DNA from: Bacteroidota bacterium
Lineage (GTDB): Bacteria; Bacteroidota; Bacteroidia; NS11-12g; UBA955
Direction of reading: 5' to 3'
Assembly: GCA_030830065.1 (NCBI GenBank)
Contig: JAURNR010000013.1
Location: 791-64,790, forward strand
Length of the DNA: 64,000 nt
The notes beneath the pieces are model-generated. The model was not told the origin of the DNA and did not search any database. It saw only the letters and a program-made list of their open reading frames with translations. Below are positions 27,725 to 35,941 of the stretch, one piece after another (position 1 is the first letter of the stretch; every line of letters starts with the position of its first letter). The translations under genes were made by a program, and so were the position numbers.

Positions 27725-30166
27725 TTATTTGAACACACTGAAGCGTGTCGTTGTTTTAGCTGTTTTGAGGATATACAGCCCAGCAGCCAATTTTGAAATA
27801 TTAATTTGACCATCAACGTTTTGAATTTCACCATCGAATATTTGCTGTCCATGTAAATTCATTACTGACCATTTGGACCCCAGTTCTGACTTATTCCACT
27901 CAACATTCAATAGCTCATTAGCTGGATTCGGATAAATATTTAAAGATTTTAATTTTATATTTTTAATTGATGATTGTTTGTCAACCACAGTAACCCAGCA
28001 GTCATTTGAAACTCCCCACCACTTACTGTCAAAATCAACATGCGCGACATTATTAATTTTTGTTTGAAGTTCTAAATCTTGATATAGATCAACTTGGTAT
28101 TTAACCCAGCCCACAGCATTTGATGGAGATGCCTCATAGGTTTTTAAATTTGCTGGATCAAAATTCACGACGAGTATTCTACCCTGCTGAATAAAAAATT
28201 GAGCTTCTTGGGGATAAAAGGAATTTACTAATACGCGTTGTAATGGTAAATCACCCGCCAAAGTATCTACTAATATTACCTTTTTGACATTTGAACTACT
28301 CGTATTTTTGAAATCAATTGTGTAATTCCAAGTTGCAACTTTTTGATCAATTTCATTTCCCAATAGTGAAGTTTTTTCTACTACTCCTCCGTTTCCACGC
28401 TTACCTATTTTCAACGAAGTTGTTTTGATATTATCGGACTGCGTTTCATCTTGGCTAGTTATTAAACTACCTGTAGATACATTAATTATATATTCATCTG
28501 AATCAGTGGCAGACAAAGGCATTCTATAACGAATAAGAATATAACGCACTTCAAATGGCTCCAAATCAACAAGAGAATACGTTGCTTCTATTCCGTCGTA
28601 ATTATCAGCAGCAGGCTCACTGTAAAAGTCTGCCAATGGTAATGCATGAGAAATTAATAACGTCGCACTATTTAGAACACTTGCACCGTGATTTCTAACT
28701 GTTACTAATGCTTTAATAGTATCTCCAGCTTTAAGTTCTTCTGGATAAATAGGCTCCACATTAACCTCAATATCTTTTGTTTGAGGGTCCATATATTCAC
28801 CTAAGCTTACATAAGAATATTTACCATTCCTGATTTGTGTAGCATAGTTTCCTGAACAAACATGATAAAAATGTCTTCTATTTTTATGTTGAATTGTGTA
28901 ATCTCCTTGGGGAAGCCCCACAGTGAAATGCCCCAACTCGTCTGTTACAGTAAAGAAATATTCGCCAGTAGTTTTATTTGTAAGTTTTAAAACTTCTGCA
29001 GGAAGACCTCTTTCTCCTTCATCTCGTTGACAATCCCCATCAAAATCGTAAAATAAATCACCATTTAAATTTCCGCTTTCGCTAATGATGCTTGAAAAAA
29101 ATTTAATGTCTGTATTTAACTCATTAAAATCCCCCCAAACGAATGCACCTGTCCCACGTTGCCCCAATCTAAAATCCCCTTCTAGTCGATTTCCAGTAAA
29201 TTCTAAATTGCTATTCTCATATCTCAATAATGATGAACCGTTACCGTCTTTAATAAATGAACCACCTAAAAGCAAATATGAACTTGTTCCCGCAATGGTT
29301 TTAATTTCAGCCGTGGTATAGTCTGAAAAATCGAGTTCGGGACTCCAGTTCACGTTAAATACTCGAACGGCCTTTTTACCGCTTGAATCTTTGCCAAGGG
29401 CTGCTATTTGAGAACTACTCCAAGATGCTAATTCTAAAATTTCTCCTTGGAAAGGACTTCCAATTCCACCCCAACCGCCGTTAGCAGCAGTGTAATAAGC
29501 GATATTACCTGTTTGTGTACCTGCAAATTTAGTAAAATCTCCGCCTATGTATAATCTATTACCAACAACCATTAGCGAACGAATCAAACCATCTGCTCCT
29601 TGATCTAGGTTACTCGTTCCCAAGTAGTCCCAATTAGTTCCGTCGAATGACGCAATGTTTTGCACGCTCTTTCCATTTAGGGTACTTTGGAATTTTCCGG
29701 CAACAATTAATTTATTGTCGAAAACCGCCATAGTTATTATACCATTATTTCTTGTATCTACTACACCTACCTCAGGATCCCATTCTTGTGTAATGGCATT
29801 CCATTTATACAAATGCGTGACCGGTATTTCCGCATCTTTTGAAGCATTTGCTAAGTAAGCACCTACATAAATAGTTTTGTTGAAATAGGCAATTGAATGA
29901 AAATTGTAATTTCCTTCGGTTGGTATAATTGGCTCTGGAGTTTTTAAACCAGGGCAATAAGTCCAATATGCACCATTCCATCTTGCCAATACATAATCTG
30001 TGGTGTCGGATGTTGCTACATCGTCATACAAAGCAAAATATTCATCAGTTGTTGCGTATGATGCAACTACCCTTCCTGGTAAACCAGTCCCCATAGGTTC
30101 TAACACCTGAGAAAACAAGGGTATAGATGCTAAACAAACAACAATACTGAGAATCGTATTCTTCAT
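27725..30166 (-). CDS. T9SS type A C-terminal-domain secreted protein (beta-propeller-like repeats plus Cna-B/SdrD-like domain)
   Basis: Signal peptide MKNTILSIVVCLASIPLFSQ at the ATG at 30166; the longer track ORF would overlap the upstream gene. It contains repeated G.F....G....NIA..DG..W units and the segment FDGDCQRDEGERGLPAEVLKL. The C-terminus LNIYPNPANELLNVEW...LYILK is a type A sorting domain. Confidence 0.8.
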   Translation of the reverse strand: MKNTILSIVVCLASIPLFSQVLEPMGTGLPGRVVASYATTDEYFALYDDVATSDTTDYVLARWNGAYWTYCPGLKTPEPIIPTEGNYNFHSIAYFNKTIYVGAYLANASKDAEIPVTHLYKWNAITQEWDPEVGVVDTRNNGIITMAVFDNKLIVAGKFQSTLNGKSVQNIASFDGTNWDYLGTSNLDQGADGLIRSLMVVGNRLYIGGDFTKFAGTQTGNIAYYTAANGGWGGIGSPFQGEILELASWSSSQIAALGKDSSGKKAVRVFNVNWSPELDFSDYTTAEIKTIAGTSSYLLLGGSFIKDGNGSSLLRYENSNLEFTGNRLEGDFRLGQRGTGAFVWGDFNELNTDIKFFSSIISESGNLNGDLFYDFDGDCQRDEGERGLPAEVLKLTNKTTGEYFFTVTDELGHFTVGLPQGDYTIQHKNRRHFYHVCSGNYATQIRNGKYSYVSLGEYMDPQTKDIEVNVEPIYPEELKAGDTIKALVTVRNHGASVLNSATLLISHALPLADFYSEPAADNYDGIEATYSLVDLEPFEVRYILIRYRMPLSATDSDEYIINVSTGSLITSQDETQSDNIKTTSLKIGKRGNGGVVEKTSLLGNEIDQKVATWNYTIDFKNTSSSNVKKVILVDTLAGDLPLQRVLVNSFYPQEAQFFIQQGRILVVNFDPANLKTYEASPSNAVGWVKYQVDLYQDLELQTKINNVAHVDFDSKWWGVSNDCWVTVVDKQSSIKNIKLKSLNIYPNPANELLNVEWNKSELGSKWSVMNLHGQQIFDGEIQNVDGQINISKLAAGLYILKTAKTTTRFSVFK

Positions 30167-30216
30167 TACTTGCAATTTACTCGATATGAATGATTTTTTA
30201 TGCATATCCTTGATTA

Positions 30217-31551
30217 TTACCAAATTGAATAACGATAAAAAACTGACATACCCAAAGACCAACCACGGTTTGAAACTGGGGAATTTACTGTATTAAACGG
30301 CGTAAGTGCACCTTGAGTATTTAGTCGCACTCCCCAAATATCACGCAAGCTGACTCTTTTCTCTGCTCCTACTGACATTTTAGCCGACCAAATTTGCCCC
30401 CTGTAATCTAAGCCATCTATCAAAGATAAATCATGATAATCAAGAGTCTTACCAGCAGTAGTTGTGATTTTATTATATCGTATTGAAAGTTCGGAACTAA
30501 AAGACCAAGTTCTATTTATTGGCTTCTGATAACCCAAATTTACTGGTAACGAAATCATTGAAATAGTTTGATTTCCGCTGTATAAAACAGGGATACCTAA
30601 ACCAGCATATCCGAAAATTGGATAATTGCCATTAATATCTGCCTCATTACCTTGAGCTAAACTTACAGGAGTACTATCTTGAAAATTGAAATTTTGGGAA
30701 ATTCTTGTTTGAGAATAACCTAAACCTGTAGAAACAGACCAATTTGGATTTAACTGATATCTAAGAACTAAATGAAGTTGAGGTGCAGCTAAGGCAAACT
30801 CACTTTGCTTCATCCTATTAATAAAATTCTTGTGAACGTATTGCGATAGTTGTGCTTCAACAGCATAGTTAATGGCCGTTTGATTTTGATCATACCCAAC
30901 CTCAAAAGCCCAGATTGACCGTTTCTGTTTGGTTGGCTTTTGAGGAATTTGGGATGATGCTGGCAACTGTAAAATTGTCGTGTTTGTTAATTCTAAACCT
31001 TTAGAAGTTAAATCTTCGAAGAAAGAATTATAATCTGCTTCCGATTTCAACTCACTTACTAAATCTACTTCTGTACTCTTTACCAGTATTTCGGAATTAC
31101 TCAATCCACTATTTAGGGATTTATTATTATATGAAGTATTATTAGAAATAAAATTATTCGGTGAATTTGTACTTCTAGAAATAGCAGAATTAGAAATTTT
31201 TGAACTAGAAAGTTCTTTATTATCCGAATTAGATAGGAGACCATTTTCTAAATTACTATTTTGGGTAATTTTATTATTTGTTGTAGAATGAGAACCGTTG
31301 TTAATGCTTAAATTTTCATTACTATCATCCACCGTAGCATTGTCAGGCATGTTGAAAAACAACATTCCTGACAAGCCGATGATAACAACTGCAGCAACCG
31401 ACGACCATCCAAAAATAACTTTACGTTTTGCCAAATCTTTTTGGTTTAGTTGATCATCGATATTATTCCAAATACCGTTTGGCAATTGTGGCTCAAACGA
31501 ATCAAAAGATGATTGAATCAATTGGTCGATATTTGGTCTATTTTCCTCCAT
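30217..31551 (-). CDS. membrane-anchored protein with C-terminal outer-membrane-beta-barrel-like domain (putative anti-sigma factor by position)
   Basis: 444 aa. The first ~44 aa are a soluble N-terminus, followed by one TM helix (VIFGWSSVAAVVIIGLSGMLFF) and an Asn/Ser-rich tract of ~90 aa. The last ~230 aa are an amphipathic beta-rich region ending ...FYRYSIW. It begins 17 nt after the ECF sigma gene. Confidence 0.6.
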   Translation of the reverse strand: MEENRPNIDQLIQSSFDSFEPQLPNGIWNNIDDQLNQKDLAKRKVIFGWSSVAAVVIIGLSGMLFFNMPDNATVDDSNENLSINNGSHSTTNNKITQNSNLENGLLSNSDNKELSSSKISNSAISRSTNSPNNFISNNTSYNNKSLNSGLSNSEILVKSTEVDLVSELKSEADYNSFFEDLTSKGLELTNTTILQLPASSQIPQKPTKQKRSIWAFEVGYDQNQTAINYAVEAQLSQYVHKNFINRMKQSEFALAAPQLHLVLRYQLNPNWSVSTGLGYSQTRISQNFNFQDSTPVSLAQGNEADINGNYPIFGYAGLGIPVLYSGNQTISMISLPVNLGYQKPINRTWSFSSELSIRYNKITTTAGKTLDYHDLSLIDGLDYRGQIWSAKMSVGAEKRVSLRDIWGVRLNTQGALTPFNTVNSPVSNRGWSLGMSVFYRYSIW

Positions 31552-31568
31552 TTGGAGTGTATTACTGT

Positions 31569-32114
31569 CTATTTTTTGTTGTCTTTTTTATTTAGCCAGT
31601 CTCGCATAATTTTTCTAGCTCTACTCAAAATTGACTTGGTATTACTTTCGGTAGTATCTAACAAGCTTGCAATTTCCTTGTGGCTCAGACCGTCTATCGC
31701 ATAAGCATTAAGTACTAATCGATATTTTTCTGGCAACTTTTGAATTTGCTGTAGAACTAGCTTGGGATCCAATTCATGTTGGGGGATATCATCATCTTTA
31801 TCGGTAAGCACTTCTTGAAGTGGTTCCATTTCTATTAAATCTGGACCTGCTTTTCTTTTTCGGTAATTTGAGAGCGCCAGGTTAATAAAAATTCTCGACA
31901 TCCATCCTTCTAATGAATTTGCATCTTTCAGCGAGCTGATTTTTTCAAAGACCTTAATGAAACCATCTTGTAAAACATCTTGAGCTTCTTCAACATTCCC
32001 AGCATAACGAAGGCAATGACCGTACATTTTTGGTCCGAATTTTTCGTAGAGCGCTTGTTGTGCTTTACGATCATTCTTTTTGCACCCCGCTATGATTTTC
32101 TCATTGCTTTCCAA
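31569..32114 (-). CDS. RNA polymerase ECF-type sigma-70 family factor
   Basis: 181 aa. Region 2 (EEAQDVLQDGFIKVF, WMSRIFINLALSNYRK) and region 4 (LPEKYRLVLNAYAIDGLSHKEIASLLDTTESNTKSILSRARK). TTG start. Confidence 0.9.
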   Translation of the reverse strand: MESNEKIIAGCKKNDRKAQQALYEKFGPKMYGHCLRYAGNVEEAQDVLQDGFIKVFEKISSLKDANSLEGWMSRIFINLALSNYRKRKAGPDLIEMEPLQEVLTDKDDDIPQHELDPKLVLQQIQKLPEKYRLVLNAYAIDGLSHKEIASLLDTTESNTKSILSRARKIMRDWLNKKDNKK

Positions 32115-32204
32115 GTGGGTTCGATATTATGACGTGAGAATTTCAAAAGGTTGCAAAAAAAAATACTATTTTGCCGAAATATTTAGGTGCAAATAACTAA
32201 AAAC

Positions 32205-33305
32205 ATGAAAATCAAACATTTAACTATTTTTCTTCTAACATTAATAACTTTACCTATTTGTGGTCAATATTACAACCGAAGTTCATACGCCGCAAACAAG
32301 AGCGTGAGACTGTATTCTGCAAGATACAATTCAAGCTTAGATTCGATGGATGGATTTGTGAAAAATACTGGAGTTGTGTTAATCAAGAAAAATATGGATT
32401 TAAATTCATCCACCTATCAATTTGAAATGCCTGATAATTTGGTATCAACACTAGATAAAAGTTTGAATAACTGGGGATATATATTTAGCTCAAATATTGA
32501 AACTAATAATCTTCAAAAAACTATTAAAAACTATGAGGAAGAGATTGACAAGCAAAAGCGCATTATTGAAAATAACCAAGAAGATTTAAATAGATTAAGA
32601 ATGGATACTAGCGACCCCAAACCGGGTTCTGGAAATCGAGTTTATTCAGAAAACAACTACATCACTACCATTCGAAATGCTGAAAATCGAATAGAAGATA
32701 TTAAAAAATCTAAAGATGAAACTAAGAAACTTGGTAATACAATTTATGTAACCGTTGAAATATATGATGACGTTGCAACTCCTGATGGAAGAAAACAAAA
32801 AGTTTCATGGGTAAATATGCCGGGTGTTTCTTATTCATTTTTACAAGTTGAAAATCCAAAACTTGGAATTAGCCATGAACAGTACGCTGGATTCAACTTA
32901 AAATATATGTTTACTCGTGGTAAAAGTTACATTGAAATTGGCGTATTAAAACCACTCAGCATACTTACTTCAATCGAACAACAAGACCCAACATTATCAA
33001 ACACAAAAAATGATTTCTTCTTAATTCAATTTGGTCAAGATTTTTATTCTCGCCACTTTGGTAGAGGAAAAAGAAAATTTCTTAATTTATACAGCGGTTA
33101 CACAATAGGAATAATGCTGCCGAATCAATACAATGATATTAAGCAAAAATCAGTACCTGTAGGTAGTTTGAGTATTGGTGTTGAGTTACTAAAAACAAAA
33201 CATGTATTATTAGACACAAGAGCCGCGTATTTCCTTCCGATAAACGACGAAAATAGAAATACTCGTGGTCTATTGTATAATGCGTCTTTAAACTTTGTCT
33301 TTTAG
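32205..33305 (+). CDS. hypothetical exported protein (coiled-coil middle, beta-rich C-terminus)
   Basis: Signal peptide MKIKHLTIFLLTLITLPICGQ at the ATG at 32205. Coiled-coil segment LQKTIKNYEEEIDKQKRIIENNQEDLNRL. The C-terminal half is beta-strand-like and ends ..SLNFVF. I do not confidently recognise a family. Confidence 0.5.
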   Translation: MKIKHLTIFLLTLITLPICGQYYNRSSYAANKSVRLYSARYNSSLDSMDGFVKNTGVVLIKKNMDLNSSTYQFEMPDNLVSTLDKSLNNWGYIFSSNIETNNLQKTIKNYEEEIDKQKRIIENNQEDLNRLRMDTSDPKPGSGNRVYSENNYITTIRNAENRIEDIKKSKDETKKLGNTIYVTVEIYDDVATPDGRKQKVSWVNMPGVSYSFLQVENPKLGISHEQYAGFNLKYMFTRGKSYIEIGVLKPLSILTSIEQQDPTLSNTKNDFFLIQFGQDFYSRHFGRGKRKFLNLYSGYTIGIMLPNQYNDIKQKSVPVGSLSIGVELLKTKHVLLDTRAAYFLPINDENRNTRGLLYNASLNFVF

Positions 33306-34402
33306 ACATTGAATCTAAAGTGCATGCAATCGCCATCTGCAACAACATATTCTTTACCTTCAACTCTAAGTTTACCAGCATCTCTGCAGGCGGACTCAGT
33401 TTTAAAATTAACATAATCGTTATAGGCTATCACCTCTGCTCGTATGAAGCCCTTTTCAAAATCCGTATGAATAACTCCCGCTGCTTGAGGTGCTTTTGTT
33501 CCTTTGGTAATGGTCCAGGCTCTAACCTCTTTGACCCCTACCGTAAAATAAGTAATGTAATTAAGCAAAGAATAAGCACCTTGTATTAGTTTTTGAACCC
33601 CACTTGAGGTTAATCCAAGTTCTTGAAGAAACAATTCTCTATCCTCAAAACTTTCTAACTCTGAAATCTCAGCTTCAATCGCTGCTGATATAACAAGAAT
33701 TTCAGCATCTTCGTTTTTAACTACTTCTTTTACTTTTTCTACATATTCATTACCAGAAACAGCAGACTCAGGATCCACATTGCAAACGTACATCACTGGC
33801 TTATCAGTTAATAATGCGAGTTCTTTGATTAATGCACGACGTTCTGAATCTACTACTAAGGATCTTGCGTTTTTCCCTTGCAAAAGGTGTTCTTTAAATT
33901 GCTCGCAAACTTCTAATGTTTTTACAGCATCCTTATCTCCACCTGCTCTTGCTTGTTTTGCAATTTTTGAAATTCTATTATCAATTGTCTCTAGATCTTT
34001 TAGTTGAAGCTCGGTATCGATAATTTCTTTATCGCGTATAGGGTCAACACTTCCATCAACGTGTATTATGTTGTCATCATCAAAACAGCGAAGAACATGC
34101 AGTATTGCATGAGTTGAGCGAATATTCCCTAAAAACTGATTCCCTAATCCATCGCCTTTGGACGCTCCTTTTACTAGACCTGCAATATCAACAATTTCAA
34201 TTGTTGTTGGCACTACATTTTGAGGGCTTACAAGATCGGTAAGTGTTGTTAGACGTTCATCAGGAACTGTAATTGTACCTACATTGGGTTCAATAGTACA
34301 AAAAGGAAAGTTTGCAGATTGCGCTTTAGCACTCGATACTGCATTAAAAAGTGTAGACTTCCCAACATTGGGCAAACCCACAATTCCACATTGTAATGAC
34401 AT
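33302..34402 (-). CDS. ychF: redox-regulated ATPase YchF
   Basis: 366 aa. GIVGLPNVGKSTLFNA, DIAGLVKGAS, a TGS-like C-terminus and AWTI.KG..AP.AAG.IH.DF..GFI. Confidence 0.95.
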   Translation of the reverse strand: MSLQCGIVGLPNVGKSTLFNAVSSAKAQSANFPFCTIEPNVGTITVPDERLTTLTDLVSPQNVVPTTIEIVDIAGLVKGASKGDGLGNQFLGNIRSTHAILHVLRCFDDDNIIHVDGSVDPIRDKEIIDTELQLKDLETIDNRISKIAKQARAGGDKDAVKTLEVCEQFKEHLLQGKNARSLVVDSERRALIKELALLTDKPVMYVCNVDPESAVSGNEYVEKVKEVVKNEDAEILVISAAIEAEISELESFEDRELFLQELGLTSSGVQKLIQGAYSLLNYITYFTVGVKEVRAWTITKGTKAPQAAGVIHTDFEKGFIRAEVIAYNDYVNFKTESACRDAGKLRVEGKEYVVADGDCMHFRFNV

Positions 34403-34405
34403 TTG

Positions 34406-35785
34406 TTATTCGATTATATCACCTATATCCTGAAGAATTTTCTTCGTAAGATTTTCGGCTGTTGTTAAACTTGTACTTTCAGCGTATATGCGGATAATTG
34501 GTTCTGTATTACTTTTCCTTAAATGAACCCAATCTCCATCAAAATCTATTTTTACACCATCAATATTGTTAATAGGACGCTTTGAATATTTCTTCTCAAT
34601 CTCAGCAAGTACTTTATCTACGTCCATTTCTGGATTTAATTCTGCCTTATTTTTAGACATTTGATAAGTTGGATATTTAGATCTCAAGTGAGAAACTTTC
34701 ATTTCTATTTCTGCCAGATGGCTTAAGAACAGAGCTACTCCCACAAGTGCATCTCTACCATAATGAAGTTCTGGTACAATAATTCCACCGTTACCTTCTC
34801 CACCGATAACTGCGTTATATTCCTTCATTGCTGTAACTACGTTAACTTCTCCCACTGCGCTAGCATAATACTTCTGACCCGCTTTTTCAGTAACATCACG
34901 GAGTGCTTTTGTACTGGATAAATTACTTACCGTAGACCCTGGATTGTGTTTAAGAACATAGTCTGCAATTGAAACTAGTGTGTATTCTTCTCCAAACATT
35001 TCACCGTCCTCAGAAATAAATGCCAATCTATCTACATCTGGATCTACCACTATACCTAAGGTACATTTTTCAGATTTTACAACTGATGAAATTTCTCCCA
35101 AATGCTCGGCTAGTGGCTCCGGATTATGTGCAAATTGTCCATTCACATCCTCATTAATTACAACAATATCTTCTACTCCTAGTGCCCTAAGCATTGCTGG
35201 AATTGCAACCGCACCAACAGAATTAACTGGATCTACAGCTATTTTAAATTTCTTTGATTTAATAAGTTCAGGTTTTACTAAGGGTAGTTTTAAAATCTCA
35301 TCAATGTGATACTGAAGATAGTCCTTAGTAATTCTATTCCCCAATTTGTCGACTGAGGCAAAAGTAAAATCTTCATTATTTGCTATTTCCAACAATAATT
35401 TACCATCTTCACTACTAATGAATTCTCCTTTGTTGTTTAGTAATTTAAGCGCATTCCATTGCTTTGGGTTATGTGAAGCTGTGAGGATGACACCTCCATC
35501 AGCTTTTTCAGCTGGAACGGCCATTTCCACTGTAGGGGTGGTAGACAAGCCTAAATCTATAATATCGATGCCAAGACCAATAAGAGTTTGAATTAGCAAC
35601 TCAGAAATCATAGGACCGCTTATGCGAGCATCACGACCAACCACAACTTTGGCAGCCGTGTTTTGCCTTAAAATCCATGTACCATATGCTGATGCGAATT
35701 TTACAACGTCTAAAGGAGTTAAATTATCATTTGGTACACCGCCAATAGTACCTCTTATTCCTGAAATTGACTTGATTAATGACAT
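34406..35785 (-). CDS. glmM: phosphoglucosamine mutase
   Basis: 459 aa. ISGIRGT, active-site TASHNP, VDPDVDR and GGEGNGG motifs of the alpha-D-phosphohexomutase family. Size and N-terminus fit Bacteroidota GlmM. Confidence 0.85.
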   Translation of the reverse strand: MSLIKSISGIRGTIGGVPNDNLTPLDVVKFASAYGTWILRQNTAAKVVVGRDARISGPMISELLIQTLIGLGIDIIDLGLSTTPTVEMAVPAEKADGGVILTASHNPKQWNALKLLNNKGEFISSEDGKLLLEIANNEDFTFASVDKLGNRITKDYLQYHIDEILKLPLVKPELIKSKKFKIAVDPVNSVGAVAIPAMLRALGVEDIVVINEDVNGQFAHNPEPLAEHLGEISSVVKSEKCTLGIVVDPDVDRLAFISEDGEMFGEEYTLVSIADYVLKHNPGSTVSNLSSTKALRDVTEKAGQKYYASAVGEVNVVTAMKEYNAVIGGEGNGGIIVPELHYGRDALVGVALFLSHLAEIEMKVSHLRSKYPTYQMSKNKAELNPEMDVDKVLAEIEKKYSKRPINNIDGVKIDFDGDWVHLRKSNTEPIIRIYAESTSLTTAENLTKKILQDIGDIIE

Positions 35786-35799
35786 ATAAAAACGAGTTG

Positions 35800-35807
35800 C
35801 AAAAATA
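35800..35807 (-). promoter_or_regulatory. Bacteroidota -7 promoter box (TATTTTTG on minus strand) upstream of glmM
   Basis: Plus-strand CAAAAATA matches TAnnTTTG, 14 nt upstream of the glmM ATG. Confidence 0.4.
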
Positions 35808-35929
35808 ACCGATTTGCTTGGGATGATAAAGAAATTGTCAAAACATTAAGTGGAAATACTGTTTTTTTTTGTCAATAATCAATTTTTTCGATTTTCTAAC
35901 TTTAAAATCTAAGATTATAGAATGAATTG

Positions 35930-35937
35930 TAACTTTG
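35930..35937 (+). promoter_or_regulatory. Bacteroidota -7 promoter box (TAACTTTG) upstream of ftcD
   Basis: Exact TAnnTTTG match with only 4 nt (CTGC) between the box and the ftcD ATG at 35942. Confidence 0.4.
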
Positions 35938-35941
35938 CTGC

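Noticed and set aside
32155-32163. Homopolymer tracts as phase-variation switches: A9 in the sigma / hypothetical-gene divergent region, T9 at 35862-35870 in the glmM/ftcD gap, and an A8 run inside the ABC permease gene near 20912-20919.
   Set aside because: Runs of 8-9 A/T are expected by chance in DNA this AT-rich. None sits at an obviously length-critical promoter spacer. There is no population data to show length variation.
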